IMG/VR virus record: IMGVR_UViG_3300025010_000053
Location: 6,498-70,497 of that record
Strand: one strand, 5' to 3'
Source: a virus
DNA: 64,000 bases
Part shown: piece by piece, positions 27,864-38,241 of the stretch
Layout of the letters: each line of letters begins with the position of its first letter
How positions within the stretch are numbered: position 1 is the first letter of the stretch
Position numbers and translations under genes: made by a program
The notes under the pieces: generated by a model
Databases searched by the model: none
What the model was told of the DNA's origin: nothing
What the model saw: only the letters and a program-made list of their open reading frames with translations

Positions 27864-27933
27864 TTGTTTAATCCCCTTTCGTTTAAGCGTTACCGCTTGT
27901 CAAACACTATTTTTAAAAAAAGTAGGTGATTTT

Positions 27934-30576
27934 TTGAAAAAGTTTTTTCAGTCAACTGCCCTGGTACCGAAAAATAATCAGACTGACTACATAGACGCTG
28001 AATGGTACGAGAATGAGCAAAAACAGCGTTTTAACCTCCGTAGTCATTACCAGATAGTCGCTCCTGCACATAGGGTTATCCGCGTCCGTCCGGACACATC
28101 GGCCCGGAACTGGCACACGGAGGACATAGCTAAATCCATAACAGACGCTTTTAAAATACCTCTGGATAGGTTTTATTTTGAGGACGGATGGAAGTTAAGA
28201 TACCGGCAGTCTGACCGCGCAACATGGGAGATTGACTACACCCAGGGCAGTATTGATTTCCTCCTGACAGTGCCGGGAGATCGTGTTGATAGTTGGATAC
28301 GCAGGTTAAGTGGCATATGGGATAAGTCAACTATCACTGTTGACGGTGATTGCCGCGAAGCCTGGGAGCCCGACAAAGCTACTGTATATGAGTTAGTCTA
28401 TCGTAAGCATGATATGTATTCGTTACTTGCTGACAGTAAAAACAACCTGCCTTTGCCGTCCCTACTGCAGGCAGTTAAGACCCTGCACGGCACCGACAAG
28501 GCAAAAGTATTTATATTTTTTGATCCTGTGGGCCGCCTTGATTGGAACGCTACTTATCAAGAGGCCTGGGAGATGCTCAGGAACGGACGGCAACCGCTGA
28601 AACGGAACGGTGATGCTAGAGGCTATTTACGTTCAGGATTGACCTGCACAGGGCAGTTGATGCAGGAGGTTATGGTGGGGCTTGGCGACATGATCAAATC
28701 CGACAAACAAGAGAACCGTTACGCCAAAAAAGAAGTAGACCCGGAGGCAGGGCTGTTTGCGATAGAAAATTTAACATCGGCAACAAAGCGTAAGGGTGGG
28801 ATGGGTGCCATGCGTACCTATCTTTGGATAGTGGCACAATCTGACGATAGAGGTAGCAGAGAATCAACTGCCCGCACTCTGGCAGGAGCTTTTGCTGACC
28901 TTGTAGGGGATAATGAATTTGAAGCAAGGGAGGTAAAAAACCGGAAAAAGAAAGCTGCAGCTATCGAAGCCATGACGACCAAGCGACTGCCAAAGCTGAA
29001 ATTTAACTACAGTATTTTATCGACTGCAGAGTCTGGGAAACTGATACAAATACCCGGCCGGGAACTCCAGGAGGACTATCCGCAGATCAACGGGATTAAG
29101 CTCCAGGAAATTACCCTGCCTGCAGAACTGTTCGGTACTGTTGGTATACCATTAGGGAAAGTTACAGATAGGGGAGTAACACGACAGGCCATGTTACCTA
29201 TCAGCGACCCAGATATTGAGTGCAAAACAGAGATTGACTACGGAAATATGGGATGTGGTAAAACAGGGAGGGGGATTGTGCTTGCTGTCGAAGGTGTTAA
29301 AAATAACAGAACGGTATTCCTTTTCGACATGGCCGATGGTGCCGCTATTGACGCTGTCAGGGATAGTCTACCAAGCGATACACCTGATCACAAAATACTT
29401 GACTTAGATTTTGGCTGCAAGCACTGGCCGATACCTTTGACACTGACTGATGTTGCTTTGCGTGGGATGCAGGGGGAGAGCGACGAACTAGCCGCTTTGG
29501 ACGCTGCAGAGCGAATGACTGACTACATATATACGTTTATAAACCAACTAGCCAGCAGCGAGTTTTCAGATAGGATGGAATACTTTCTATCACCTGTCGG
29601 AAAAGGCGTGCTGACAGATCCGCGCCGTGGGTTGCTAGATGTAGTGCTGGCTTTATCATCACCAGTTTACCGAGAGGAGTTATTGCAGGACCAGACTATT
29701 CAGCAGCAGTCGGAGGTTGTTGATGTTTTGCGGGAGTTACAGCAAAAAGCCGTCAAGGGCTCCGACAAAACTTTAGTACAGCCCATTTTAGACCGGCTTA
29801 ATTTGCTGGCTGGTAAGCGAACCTTAGTAAATATATTTTTACAGCAGGAAAAGTTAGGTCAGGATGGCAAGCCTGTTTTGGATTTCCGCAAAATGATGGA
29901 TGAGGGTGGGTACTTCGTAGGGCTCAGGATACCCAAAGCTGAGCTTGGCAAGGACGGAGTTAACCGCGTGGCAAGTTTCCTGATGGCTAAAATATGGTTA
30001 GCTACTTTAAGTCGTTTGGATACTCCACAGAGCAAACGCAGGCCGTTTTATACAATCATCGACGAACCGCACAACTGCCTAGAGGGTACTGGGCCACTCC
30101 TGGACGGTGAAATAGGAGTGGAGGCCCGGAAGTATCGAAACAAGATGATTTTTCTTGCTCACAGTGCAGAGCAGTTTGGAAAATACAAGGCTGGTATTTA
30201 TGCAGGCGGGCCGTTTTTCAACTTCTTTAAAACTGAGTTCCAGAAAACTTTCATCGACCATGCGGAAAAGTTAACCCCCTTGGAGGCTAGAAAGCTATAC
30301 GAACAACTGCCAAAGCGTTGGGTTGCTGCTTGCAAGATGGAGTTGCCGAGTGCTGATAGTTTGCCAGCGTTTATTTGCCATATGACAGCGCCACCAAGGC
30401 CGGTTAAGGATCGGAGTTATCGGCGATCGCAATGTTCAGAATATTTCGGCCGGCACTGGAAGGAGGTTACTGACTACATCCAGGGCAAGCGGAAAATAAC
30501 GCTACGGGATGAAGCTTGGCGAGAGGAGCGAAAGGAAGAAGCTAAAGCCCAAAAGAAAAATAAAAAGGGGGATTAA
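27934..30576 (+). CDS. VirB4/TraG/HerA-like P-loop ATPase
   Basis: TTG start after aggtg; Walker A GNMGCGKT, Walker B YTIIDEPH, EARKY. Confidence 0.75.
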   Translation: MKKFFQSTALVPKNNQTDYIDAEWYENEQKQRFNLRSHYQIVAPAHRVIRVRPDTSARNWHTEDIAKSITDAFKIPLDRFYFEDGWKLRYRQSDRATWEIDYTQGSIDFLLTVPGDRVDSWIRRLSGIWDKSTITVDGDCREAWEPDKATVYELVYRKHDMYSLLADSKNNLPLPSLLQAVKTLHGTDKAKVFIFFDPVGRLDWNATYQEAWEMLRNGRQPLKRNGDARGYLRSGLTCTGQLMQEVMVGLGDMIKSDKQENRYAKKEVDPEAGLFAIENLTSATKRKGGMGAMRTYLWIVAQSDDRGSRESTARTLAGAFADLVGDNEFEAREVKNRKKKAAAIEAMTTKRLPKLKFNYSILSTAESGKLIQIPGRELQEDYPQINGIKLQEITLPAELFGTVGIPLGKVTDRGVTRQAMLPISDPDIECKTEIDYGNMGCGKTGRGIVLAVEGVKNNRTVFLFDMADGAAIDAVRDSLPSDTPDHKILDLDFGCKHWPIPLTLTDVALRGMQGESDELAALDAAERMTDYIYTFINQLASSEFSDRMEYFLSPVGKGVLTDPRRGLLDVVLALSSPVYREELLQDQTIQQQSEVVDVLRELQQKAVKGSDKTLVQPILDRLNLLAGKRTLVNIFLQQEKLGQDGKPVLDFRKMMDEGGYFVGLRIPKAELGKDGVNRVASFLMAKIWLATLSRLDTPQSKRRPFYTIIDEPHNCLEGTGPLLDGEIGVEARKYRNKMIFLAHSAEQFGKYKAGIYAGGPFFNFFKTEFQKTFIDHAEKLTPLEARKLYEQLPKRWVAACKMELPSADSLPAFICHMTAPPRPVKDRSYRRSQCSEYFGRHWKEVTDYIQGKRKITLRDEAWREERKEEAKAQKKNKKGD

Positions 30577-30578
30577 TA

Positions 30579-30935
30579 ATGCTCATACAAGTACCCGCTG
30601 CGACAAAAATTATAGGATTAATACTTTGCGGCGTTCTGACGCTGGGGAACGCGGCCGGCAATGTAGTTAGCGTGTTTACTGATAATAATGAGGTAATAAT
30701 TGAGCAACAGAGAAATAGTTACGTTAACGGTCATTATGGCGACTATAAATTCTCAGGCAAAGTTTTTGATAATCCGAGCGACATGGGCATTGACGACGGA
30801 AGAATCTCAAAGTTGACGATCACTAAGGACGGAGTGGAAGAGATAAATTATGACCGTGGCTGGGATATGAAACCAGACAGCGAGAACGGATCGGCATACA
30901 ACGAGATAAAAGAAAAATTGGAGCACTTGAAATAA
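30579..30935 (+). CDS. Hypothetical protein with N-terminal hydrophobic segment
   Basis: KVFDNPSDMGIDDGRISKLTI...NYDRGWD motif. Confidence 0.6.
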   Translation: MLIQVPAATKIIGLILCGVLTLGNAAGNVVSVFTDNNEVIIEQQRNSYVNGHYGDYKFSGKVFDNPSDMGIDDGRISKLTITKDGVEEINYDRGWDMKPDSENGSAYNEIKEKLEHLK

Positions 30936-31107
30936 CCCGAAAGGGTTTATTTTTTTTTGTCTTAAAATATGTTCAGGTAAGGAAGGTATAGAGAAAATTA
31001 TTTATGATATAATAAGAGTACCGTCGGAAGCGGCACAAAACAAGGGATCTTTAGGTGTCTATTGGGTTGACTTGGTAGAGCATTTGCACCCGATAGACAC
31101 CATTCCC

Positions 31108-31182
31108 CGGGATGTAGCTCAGCTTGGCTAGAGCGCACGGTTCGGGACCGTGAGGTCGCATGTTCGAATCATGTCATCCCGA
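31108..31182 (+). tRNA. tRNA-Pro(CGG), CCA not encoded
   Basis: Acceptor CGGGATG/CATCCCG, D-arm GCTC..GAGC, anticodon arm CACGG-TTCGGGA-CCGTG, TTCGAAT T-loop. Confidence 0.93.
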
Positions 31183-31189
31183 CTCATTA

Positions 31190-31224
31190 GAAAAGCCCTC
31201 CTGGTTAAAGGAGGGCTTTTCTTT
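31190..31224. terminator. Bidirectional terminator between the tRNA and the integrase
   Basis: aaaagccctcct ggttaa aggagggctttt. Confidence 0.8.
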
Positions 31225-32708
31225 TAAAAGCTCATAGTTGTTTCAGTATTCTTTTGAGGGATTATTTCTATCTTTCTAAAAAATATATCCATTTCAATAT
31301 AATCAGTATATGGCGAAATAGATTTAATAATATCCCTCAGGGACATTTTCCTTTCCTCGAAGGTCATTAGCGTCCAAGCTGTTCTTAAAGCAGATAGCTG
31401 TCTTTGTAGTAGATCTATGTCGGCTGCTTGGGCGGCGAAATGGTTATCTATCTGATCTAACTTTTCTAAATAGTTTACTAACTGACTTTCTTCCTCAAGA
31501 TATTGCTTATTGATTTCCATAAATTGCTCCCGTGGTATAATTTTTTCTTCATAATAATCTTTAAATAAGTCTTTCATGGCAGATCTTATTTTCTTAAGCC
31601 TTTTTTCTTTTTCCATTTTATCTATAATAGGCTTTTCTTCTGCTGCAGCTGTCGCGACTTCTTTTAGCGACTGTTTGGCATCCTCAAAATAGCCTAATGA
31701 ATCGCCAAGTGTAAGTACAGTATTAATTATTTCTGTTTCCAAACTATCAGCGTCAAGTATTTTACATTTGCACTCATTAACTCCCATGTTAATCCTGGTA
31801 TAACACATATACCGGCGTATTCGTTTCTTGCCGTTAAATCTAGCTTGGAGATGGCGACCGCAGTAAGGACAAATTAAAAGTCCGGAAAGTAGGTGCTGAC
31901 TATCCCTGCTGCGCGGTGCCATTTCGCTGTTCTTGCTTAAAAGGTGCTGCACCCGATCGAAAATATCCTGAGAAATAATAGGCTGATGCTTGCCGTCCAC
32001 AACCTCACCGGCGTATTCTATTTTACCGATGTAAACAGAGTTCCTAAGTATATATCGAATTGTTGTAGGAGCCCACCATTTGCCGTCAGAGGGGGCTTGT
32101 ACAGCATTCTGATATAAAAGGTTACGAATGCGATTTGCCCCCGGATTTGAGGCGTATTCTTCGAACATAAGCAGTACCCATTTTGCGTTGTCGTTTGGTA
32201 CTAATAGTTTTTGTTCATCGTCCCAGTCGTAGCCATATGCTTTCTGACCACCATTCCAGGATCCCCGCCTGGCGTTTTGAATCATGTTATCACGAACACG
32301 CTCGGAAATCATTTCTGATTCAAACTGGGCAAAGTCGATAAGGATATTTCTGAGCAGGCGGCCAGTGGGGGAGCCAGTGTCAATGCTCTGGCTGATAGAT
32401 ATTAGACTGCAATTATTTTTCTCCAAGATTTCTACGTAGTGGTGGAAGTCCCTGACGTTTCGGGCAAAGCGATCAAGGCGGTAGACTAAGACAACATCAT
32501 ATTTACCGCCCTTTACGTCTTCGATTAGTTGCTGAAAGCCTATTCTTTTAGTTGCGGATCGGCCTGATATGTCCAAGTCCTCATAGACTTTCACGATGTC
32601 GATGGAGGATAGACTTGCTTGTAGTTGCGCCTTTTCCATTTGCGTTTCCGGACTTACTCCGTCATCCTTTAGGTGGGAAACCCTAATATAAACTGCTCCG
32701 CGCTTCAT
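31224..32708 (-). CDS. Large serine recombinase (integrase)
   Basis: YIRVS catalytic motif, RLDRFAR, recombinase domain, CPYCG zinc ribbon, coiled coil. Confidence 0.95.
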   Translation of the reverse strand: MKRGAVYIRVSHLKDDGVSPETQMEKAQLQASLSSIDIVKVYEDLDISGRSATKRIGFQQLIEDVKGGKYDVVLVYRLDRFARNVRDFHHYVEILEKNNCSLISISQSIDTGSPTGRLLRNILIDFAQFESEMISERVRDNMIQNARRGSWNGGQKAYGYDWDDEQKLLVPNDNAKWVLLMFEEYASNPGANRIRNLLYQNAVQAPSDGKWWAPTTIRYILRNSVYIGKIEYAGEVVDGKHQPIISQDIFDRVQHLLSKNSEMAPRSRDSQHLLSGLLICPYCGRHLQARFNGKKRIRRYMCYTRINMGVNECKCKILDADSLETEIINTVLTLGDSLGYFEDAKQSLKEVATAAAEEKPIIDKMEKEKRLKKIRSAMKDLFKDYYEEKIIPREQFMEINKQYLEEESQLVNYLEKLDQIDNHFAAQAADIDLLQRQLSALRTAWTLMTFEERKMSLRDIIKSISPYTDYIEMDIFFRKIEIIPQKNTETTMSF

Positions 32709-32763
32709 GTTTTCACCTCAAAAATAATACCCGGCGTCGGTACCGGGTAACTGTTTTATTGAA

Positions 32764-33633
32764 TTAGGGATTACATACCTTGCATGGCACGTATCCAGCA
32801 TTTATAGCCTCTTCTCGGGTATTAAAGTAGACCCTATTAGCTGGACTGGTTTTTTCTGCCCAACGACAGTCAGAAAAGTGCAGTTTATGGGAATTGGAAT
32901 TGCCCATGTATTTACTATCTGTGTTAGTTACTATACTGCTACCATTTTTATTATCTTTTGTTACTGTTGGTGCTACCGGGGTAACTGGTATTCCCCAAAG
33001 CCCTTTATTGTTTTCCCTCGATTCAGTCTGGTACTTGGTGAAGTAGTCAACATACTTTACATCCGGCGCAATGGTCAACAACTGCCCGTAGCCATCTAAC
33101 AGCAGTTTGGCATTGAACATCTTTGCCTGGATTTCGGTATCATTTATTTCGGTTGGTTGCTCAGTCCAAACATAAGCCAACATTCTGCCATACTTGTCCC
33201 GCTCCTGAACGTCCATTTCAATCCAAATGGTTTTGCCTGTTAGTTGCGCCTTTGTAAAGGACGACGCTTCCGGGCCATATGGTTCAATAGGGGCATTGGG
33301 CTTTACAGTCTCTGGGGTATCAACACCTATGAGCCGTATAGCTTCATCTTTGCCGTTTACCATGGCGTGGATCGTGTCACCATCAACTACACGGGTAACT
33401 TGTGTTTCGATTAGTTGAATAGGTGACTTAACTTCTTGTTGTTCTCCTGTGGATTTATTTATCTGCACATTGCCAGTAGACTGATCTGTGTCTTTGGTTT
33501 GCGCTGATGTCTGCTGAATATTTTCAGTGATTTCGGCTTTTGGTGCGCTGGTAGAGCTGCAGCCGGACAGAAAAAGCATAAAAAGCGAGAGGATTAAAAC
33601 AAGTGAAATTTTACTTTTACTGATTTTGTTCAT
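32764..33633 (-). CDS. Lipoprotein thermonuclease (SNase) with C-terminal Ada-like metal-binding domain
   Basis: Lipobox LSGC; RVVDGDT, IRLIGVDTPE, DKYGRMLAY; KLHFSDC...GYVPCKVCNP. Confidence 0.88.
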   Translation of the reverse strand: MNKISKSKISLVLILSLFMLFLSGCSSTSAPKAEITENIQQTSAQTKDTDQSTGNVQINKSTGEQQEVKSPIQLIETQVTRVVDGDTIHAMVNGKDEAIRLIGVDTPETVKPNAPIEPYGPEASSFTKAQLTGKTIWIEMDVQERDKYGRMLAYVWTEQPTEINDTEIQAKMFNAKLLLDGYGQLLTIAPDVKYVDYFTKYQTESRENNKGLWGIPVTPVAPTVTKDNKNGSSIVTNTDSKYMGNSNSHKLHFSDCRWAEKTSPANRVYFNTREEAINAGYVPCKVCNP

Positions 33634-34201
33634 TATTTTCGCCTCCTGAATTATTTTGACCTATGTCTATATTTAATTCTACGGCTTTTGTTGCTAATGA
33701 TATGACTGCCATTTGTTTTAGCTTTGAACCGTCTTCAAAGGATTTTTGAGCTTCGGCAAGGGTACTTGTTTTATTATCGTCCATATATGCCATTACTCCC
33801 TTTGCGAATTGCTTAATACTAATAGTAGAGTACTGGTAGGCGTCTTTGATGTCGCTAAGGCTTTTATCATCTCCAGGAACCGGTATGACTATTATGTCAC
33901 CGTAGAGCTTTGTCATGGATTCTTCTAGTTGCTGCAAGAGAAGGTACCCTTTTGTTGACGATACGCTTCCGGAGGCGATGGCTTGAACAACTTCGGTTAC
34001 TTGCTTCTGTTGCTTAGATAGCACTTTGTCTACTAAAATAAATGACCTAACAAATTTAGCTGATTGTTCCTTGGTTTCTTTAATGGACTTTTCCTGAGTT
34101 AGTTTGGTATCTATACTTGACTCCTCGCCGCACCCAGTAAGCAAAATAGCCATACTCAAAATAATTAAAAGGGTGACAGTCTTTAAGCAATTCTTAAGCA
34201 C
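33617..34201 (-). CDS. Lipoprotein of unknown function
   Basis: Signal peptide with lipobox LTGC. Confidence 0.75.
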   Translation of the reverse strand: MLKNCLKTVTLLIILSMAILLTGCGEESSIDTKLTQEKSIKETKEQSAKFVRSFILVDKVLSKQQKQVTEVVQAIASGSVSSTKGYLLLQQLEESMTKLYGDIIVIPVPGDDKSLSDIKDAYQYSTISIKQFAKGVMAYMDDNKTSTLAEAQKSFEDGSKLKQMAVISLATKAVELNIDIGQNNSGGENNEQNQ

Positions 34202-34220
34202 GGTAGCACCTTCCTCCTGA

Positions 34221-34742
34221 TTATTGCTCTAACATACTTGAAGTCCACAGGTCTAGATTAAACACCTGCCTTCCCTTTATTCTAATCCCGTATTCCCTAA
34301 GCTCCTGCTTCAGAAATGTCAACTTCGCCATACAAAAAGAGGCTGTAACTTCAAAAAATTCTGCTAATTCCTGCGGGTTTTTAATGCCGTGCCTTTTGAT
34401 TGCGGCGTATACTTCTGCATTCGGCATTAATGCATTAGCAGCCCACTTCATCGCTCGGCGTTCATCACGGGATCTTTCTATTTCAGTCGTATAACCAACG
34501 CTGGCATAAAGAAAGTTCGTCCTCGCGCCGGTGAAGTGGTGGGCAACCTCATGGGTTAAGGTGCAGTTATATTGACGCGTATTAGATAGTAGGCTTTTAT
34601 CTAAAACAATCAGGGGTCCAGCGTCGGACCTGTATATGTAAACACCAATTAAGCCTTCCTTGGTGTGCTTAATATGGTCGTGTTTTACTACTATATTTTC
34701 TTCTTTGATTTTTTCCCAGATAAATAGCATTTTTTTGTGCAT
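34221..34742 (-). CDS. ImmA/IrrE-family metallopeptidase (anti-repressor)
   Basis: THEVAHH HExxH, E..A..WAANALMP. Confidence 0.88.
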   Translation of the reverse strand: MHKKMLFIWEKIKEENIVVKHDHIKHTKEGLIGVYIYRSDAGPLIVLDKSLLSNTRQYNCTLTHEVAHHFTGARTNFLYASVGYTTEIERSRDERRAMKWAANALMPNAEVYAAIKRHGIKNPQELAEFFEVTASFCMAKLTFLKQELREYGIRIKGRQVFNLDLWTSSMLEQ

Positions 34743-34835
34743 ATAAATATCCTCACAGGTGTTATTTAGTCACAAAAACTCGTATTTTGTCGAATGATCC
34801 TAAAAATATTATAACTACCGTGTAGGGTAGTTATT

Positions 34836-35408
34836 TTAGGTCTTATTATTTCTTTCTCTTTCTCGCTGGTCTATCACGTCACCAACGATTCTTTCGAGTA
34901 TTTCCCTTAGTTCGTCGGAGATAGGCGTCATTTCTATGTAGCCCTCGGCTTCTGCAGCTATGACCATGTCGCTGAGATCTACTTTTTTTCTTTGTTGTTT
35001 AACTTCTGTAGGATTGTATGCAACTCCTTTTTCGGCAACACATACATTGTCTGTTTTTTCTTCATCCAGTATTTTTAATATTTTTAGCCTCTTGTCAGGA
35101 GCGATAGGTTTTCCGGCTACCGTAATATTATTTGGGTTTCCTTCAAAGATATCTAAGAGGTCTATTCTATTATTATCTATCTCTGGTATGTATCCTGCCG
35201 CTTTTAGCAGTGTTTCGTATGGGTAATTATATACATTTGACAATTTTTGCAGGATGTCGGCAGATGGTTTTATCTCTTTTCCACTACGGGGATCGTGACC
35301 CTTTTCCAATAGACTTAAGTATGTATGACTAATCTCTGCCCTGTCCGCTATATCACGCAAGGGAGTAGTTCCCCGTAATTCACGCAATAGTTTACTTAAT
35401 CGGCTCAT
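34836..35408 (-). CDS. ImmR/CI-like XRE repressor
   Basis: N-terminal HTH LRDIADRAEISHTYLSLLEKG; divergent from the Cro-like gene. Confidence 0.88.
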   Translation of the reverse strand: MSRLSKLLRELRGTTPLRDIADRAEISHTYLSLLEKGHDPRSGKEIKPSADILQKLSNVYNYPYETLLKAAGYIPEIDNNRIDLLDIFEGNPNNITVAGKPIAPDKRLKILKILDEEKTDNVCVAEKGVAYNPTEVKQQRKKVDLSDMVIAAEAEGYIEMTPISDELREILERIVGDVIDQRERERNNKT

Positions 35409-35426
35409 AATGCGTCCTCCTTCCTT

Positions 35427-35534
35427 GTAAACCTTGCTTTACTAATTGTAAATCAAAAGACATAAAAAATAAAGCTGTTTAGACTGAAATATCTGTTCTA
35501 CATGCTTTACATACTGTTAAACATGTGCTACAAT
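35427..35534. promoter_or_regulatory. Lysis/lysogeny switch with 17-bp operator repeats and the cro promoter
   Basis: gtaaaccttgctttact (35427), gttctacatgctttaca (35495), gttaaacatgtgctaca (35516); TTTACA-17-TACAAT. Confidence 0.75.
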
Positions 35535-35556
35535 ACTGGTATGGAGGTGACAGGCA

Positions 35557-35817
35557 ATGTTAAGAAACCGGCTCCGTCAGATTAGACGGTCAAAAGATGT
35601 AACACAGGAAGAGTTAGCAAAAGCAATAGGTACTACACGACAAACCATTATATCCATTGAAAAAGGCCATGTTAAGCGCACTTCTGATGAGCTAATGGTA
35701 TCTATTGCAGATTTTTTTAATATGAAAGTGGAGGATATTTTTTTTACCACTCTCGTTCAACATGTTTTACAGGGTAAATTAAATAGCGACCACAGCGCAA
35801 CTGGCACCTCCATCTAA
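35557..35817 (+). CDS. Cro-like XRE HTH regulator
   Basis: VTQEELAKAIGTTRQTIISIEKG. Confidence 0.88.
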   Translation: MLRNRLRQIRRSKDVTQEELAKAIGTTRQTIISIEKGHVKRTSDELMVSIADFFNMKVEDIFFTTLVQHVLQGKLNSDHSATGTSI

Positions 35818-38241
35818 TCGGCCCCACGGGAGCTGACATCATAGTTAAAATCATAACTGCTGAAACCGCAGCAGAACTGGAACGCAAAGCAAATGATTGG
35901 ATTGTTAATACAAAGCCGGTCATTAGATTCATACAGTACGCCACTGACGGGGCTGAGTATCCTTACTCGATATTTATACTTTACCGAGGTGGCGAACCAG
36001 AAAAAGTAATGTAATTAAATTGTAGCACTACTGGTATCAGGATAATAGCTGTAAATAGTGGTCCTGTTGCCAGTTAAAAAGGAGGTGCTAATTTGAGACC
36101 AACTTTCAATTCAGAAAAAGGTCTTGCCCAGGTTAAGGAAGATTTGCGCAAGGCCAGGGCTACCGACCCCGAGCTTAACGCTAGGTGGCGGCGGTTTGAA
36201 AAAATGGTCGGACAAGCACTAGCTAGGGAGCACCTGCAAATTCTAGCTATGAGGGCGAAAGGAGGTGCAGACATTGCCACAAATACCGCAAGTAGTGCAA
36301 ACTAGCATATTCGATAGGACAGGCTATTCGATTGAAAATAACACCCTAGATTTTGAAACCAGACGATTATTCGATATGTTGCATTTCACCATTATGTTAA
36401 GTGCCGACAGTTGGGCCAAGATAAAATCTGAATCAATGGACGATGTCCATCGCGGCGAACTAATAGGCTCGGTGCGGTCATGGTACGCTGCGGCAAATCA
36501 CTTCGAGCTACCCAACACAGAAGAAATCTACAGCGAGTATCGTGCGCTGTGGGAAGCTCAGTCAGAGTAGTCTCACGACTACAATTTATCACAATATAAA
36601 AAATAAGTCTGTGAGCGTCGCCACAAAAACAATGTGAACGTCGCCACACTTTTGAAATTATTTTGAGTGGAGGTGATTTGTCTGAGGGGTAGAAGAGGGC
36701 GAAATAAAAAGATTCTAGAGAAACTAGACGCAAAAATTAGGTCTAGTGTAGTAGAGTATCATCGGGCCGGAGCTAATTGGCTTGATAGAGAGTATTACAG
36801 GGGCTTAGCCGTTGGGTGGATTGAGGCCTGGAAGTTAATGGCCGTTAGGTACGGTGCAAAGGGTTTGATCCAGAAGTATGACGAGTACTGGAGCCTACTT
36901 ATCGGGGATACAGACGAGGAGGAGGTGGACGAGCAGTGGCAGGTCCTATTTCCATGAAAGTCAGGATTGAGTATGCCAAGGTCGGCGATATCGTTGCGGA
37001 CAAGGGCGAGGTCGTGGAAGTCATCGACCGCAGACATGCTAGCTTTATACGCCTTGTGGTTAAAGGCGGTGTGGTTGTCGAAGGAAACTATGGCAAGAAA
37101 GTTTCCATACTCAGGCCGGATAAGAATCTTTCGGGCATGAATGCTTTTATGCCTGGATTTAATGAGTATCTGGAAAAAGAAAAAGCCCTCAAGAGGGGCT
37201 AAGTAAGTATCTAAAGATATTCTATCACAAAGCGGGGTGAAAAATCAATTGGACGAGATAAAGGAAATCATGTCCAGATTGAGACTATTTCAGAATGGTA
37301 CGTTGTGGACGATAGATGCCGGGTTGGCTTCAAGCCTAGGTGGAATAATCGGGGACATGGAAAGAGCTATTAGGGCGGTGGAGGCTGAGGCTAGTGACAG
37401 CACAGCGGCGGCGTAAATGTGATATGTGCGGGGCCGAAATGCAATACGCCTGGGTGCCCACCACAACATATGACCATGCAGCGGGTAATCTGATTGAGAG
37501 AGACACCATGGACGACATGGAGTTTTGCCCGAATGGATGCATGTCAAATAGTGAATCAGAGGCGGACCATATACCGTTTTAGGGAGTTGGTAGGGTTGGT
37601 AGGGTTGGTAATATCAGAGCAGGATTATTTTGCAATTAAGTTCGCGGATGGGACATATCGTAAAATCGAATATCCTTCAAATTTACCAAAAAACGATATT
37701 GCCAGGATAATAAAATATCGCGACCTAGAAGACGCAAAGGACGCGGCTGCTGATTTCAACAAGCACGGTCGTAAATGTGAGATAGTTCCGATTACTATAA
37801 CTATTAAAGAGAAGGAGCACAACCATAAAGACCTTTTGGTTTATCACTTCTCACATAAATTTAATCAGAATGAAACTGGTTGGACTATCAGAACAGATCA
37901 GTATATGTGGTCTTATTGGAATATTCATGCTTTATGTGACAATAATTTTCCGTACGATAACGGTTTTAATTATGGAGCTTTGACGGATTGAGGTGATAAT
38001 ATGCCAGGCTGGCTGGAGGACATGGAAGGCAAGGCTGGTACTAACGCAAACCCTGTAGTTGGAATTTGCCGGACATGCAAGAAGCATATTTATTTGCACG
38101 AACTAAACATCGGAGCAAGTCGCAACTATTGCGGTGACAGGTGCAGGGAAGAGTCGTGTAATAGTGTATCGGAAGAGCTTTACCAGCTTGTGAGTAGTTT
38201 TTATAACCGAATCAAGCTAAGAGAAATGGAGGCGTAAATAG

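Noticed and set aside
27763-27933. N-terminal extension of the ATPase ORF given by the track
   Set aside because: Overlaps an opposite-strand gene and its promoter; a TTG with RBS at 27934 is the better start
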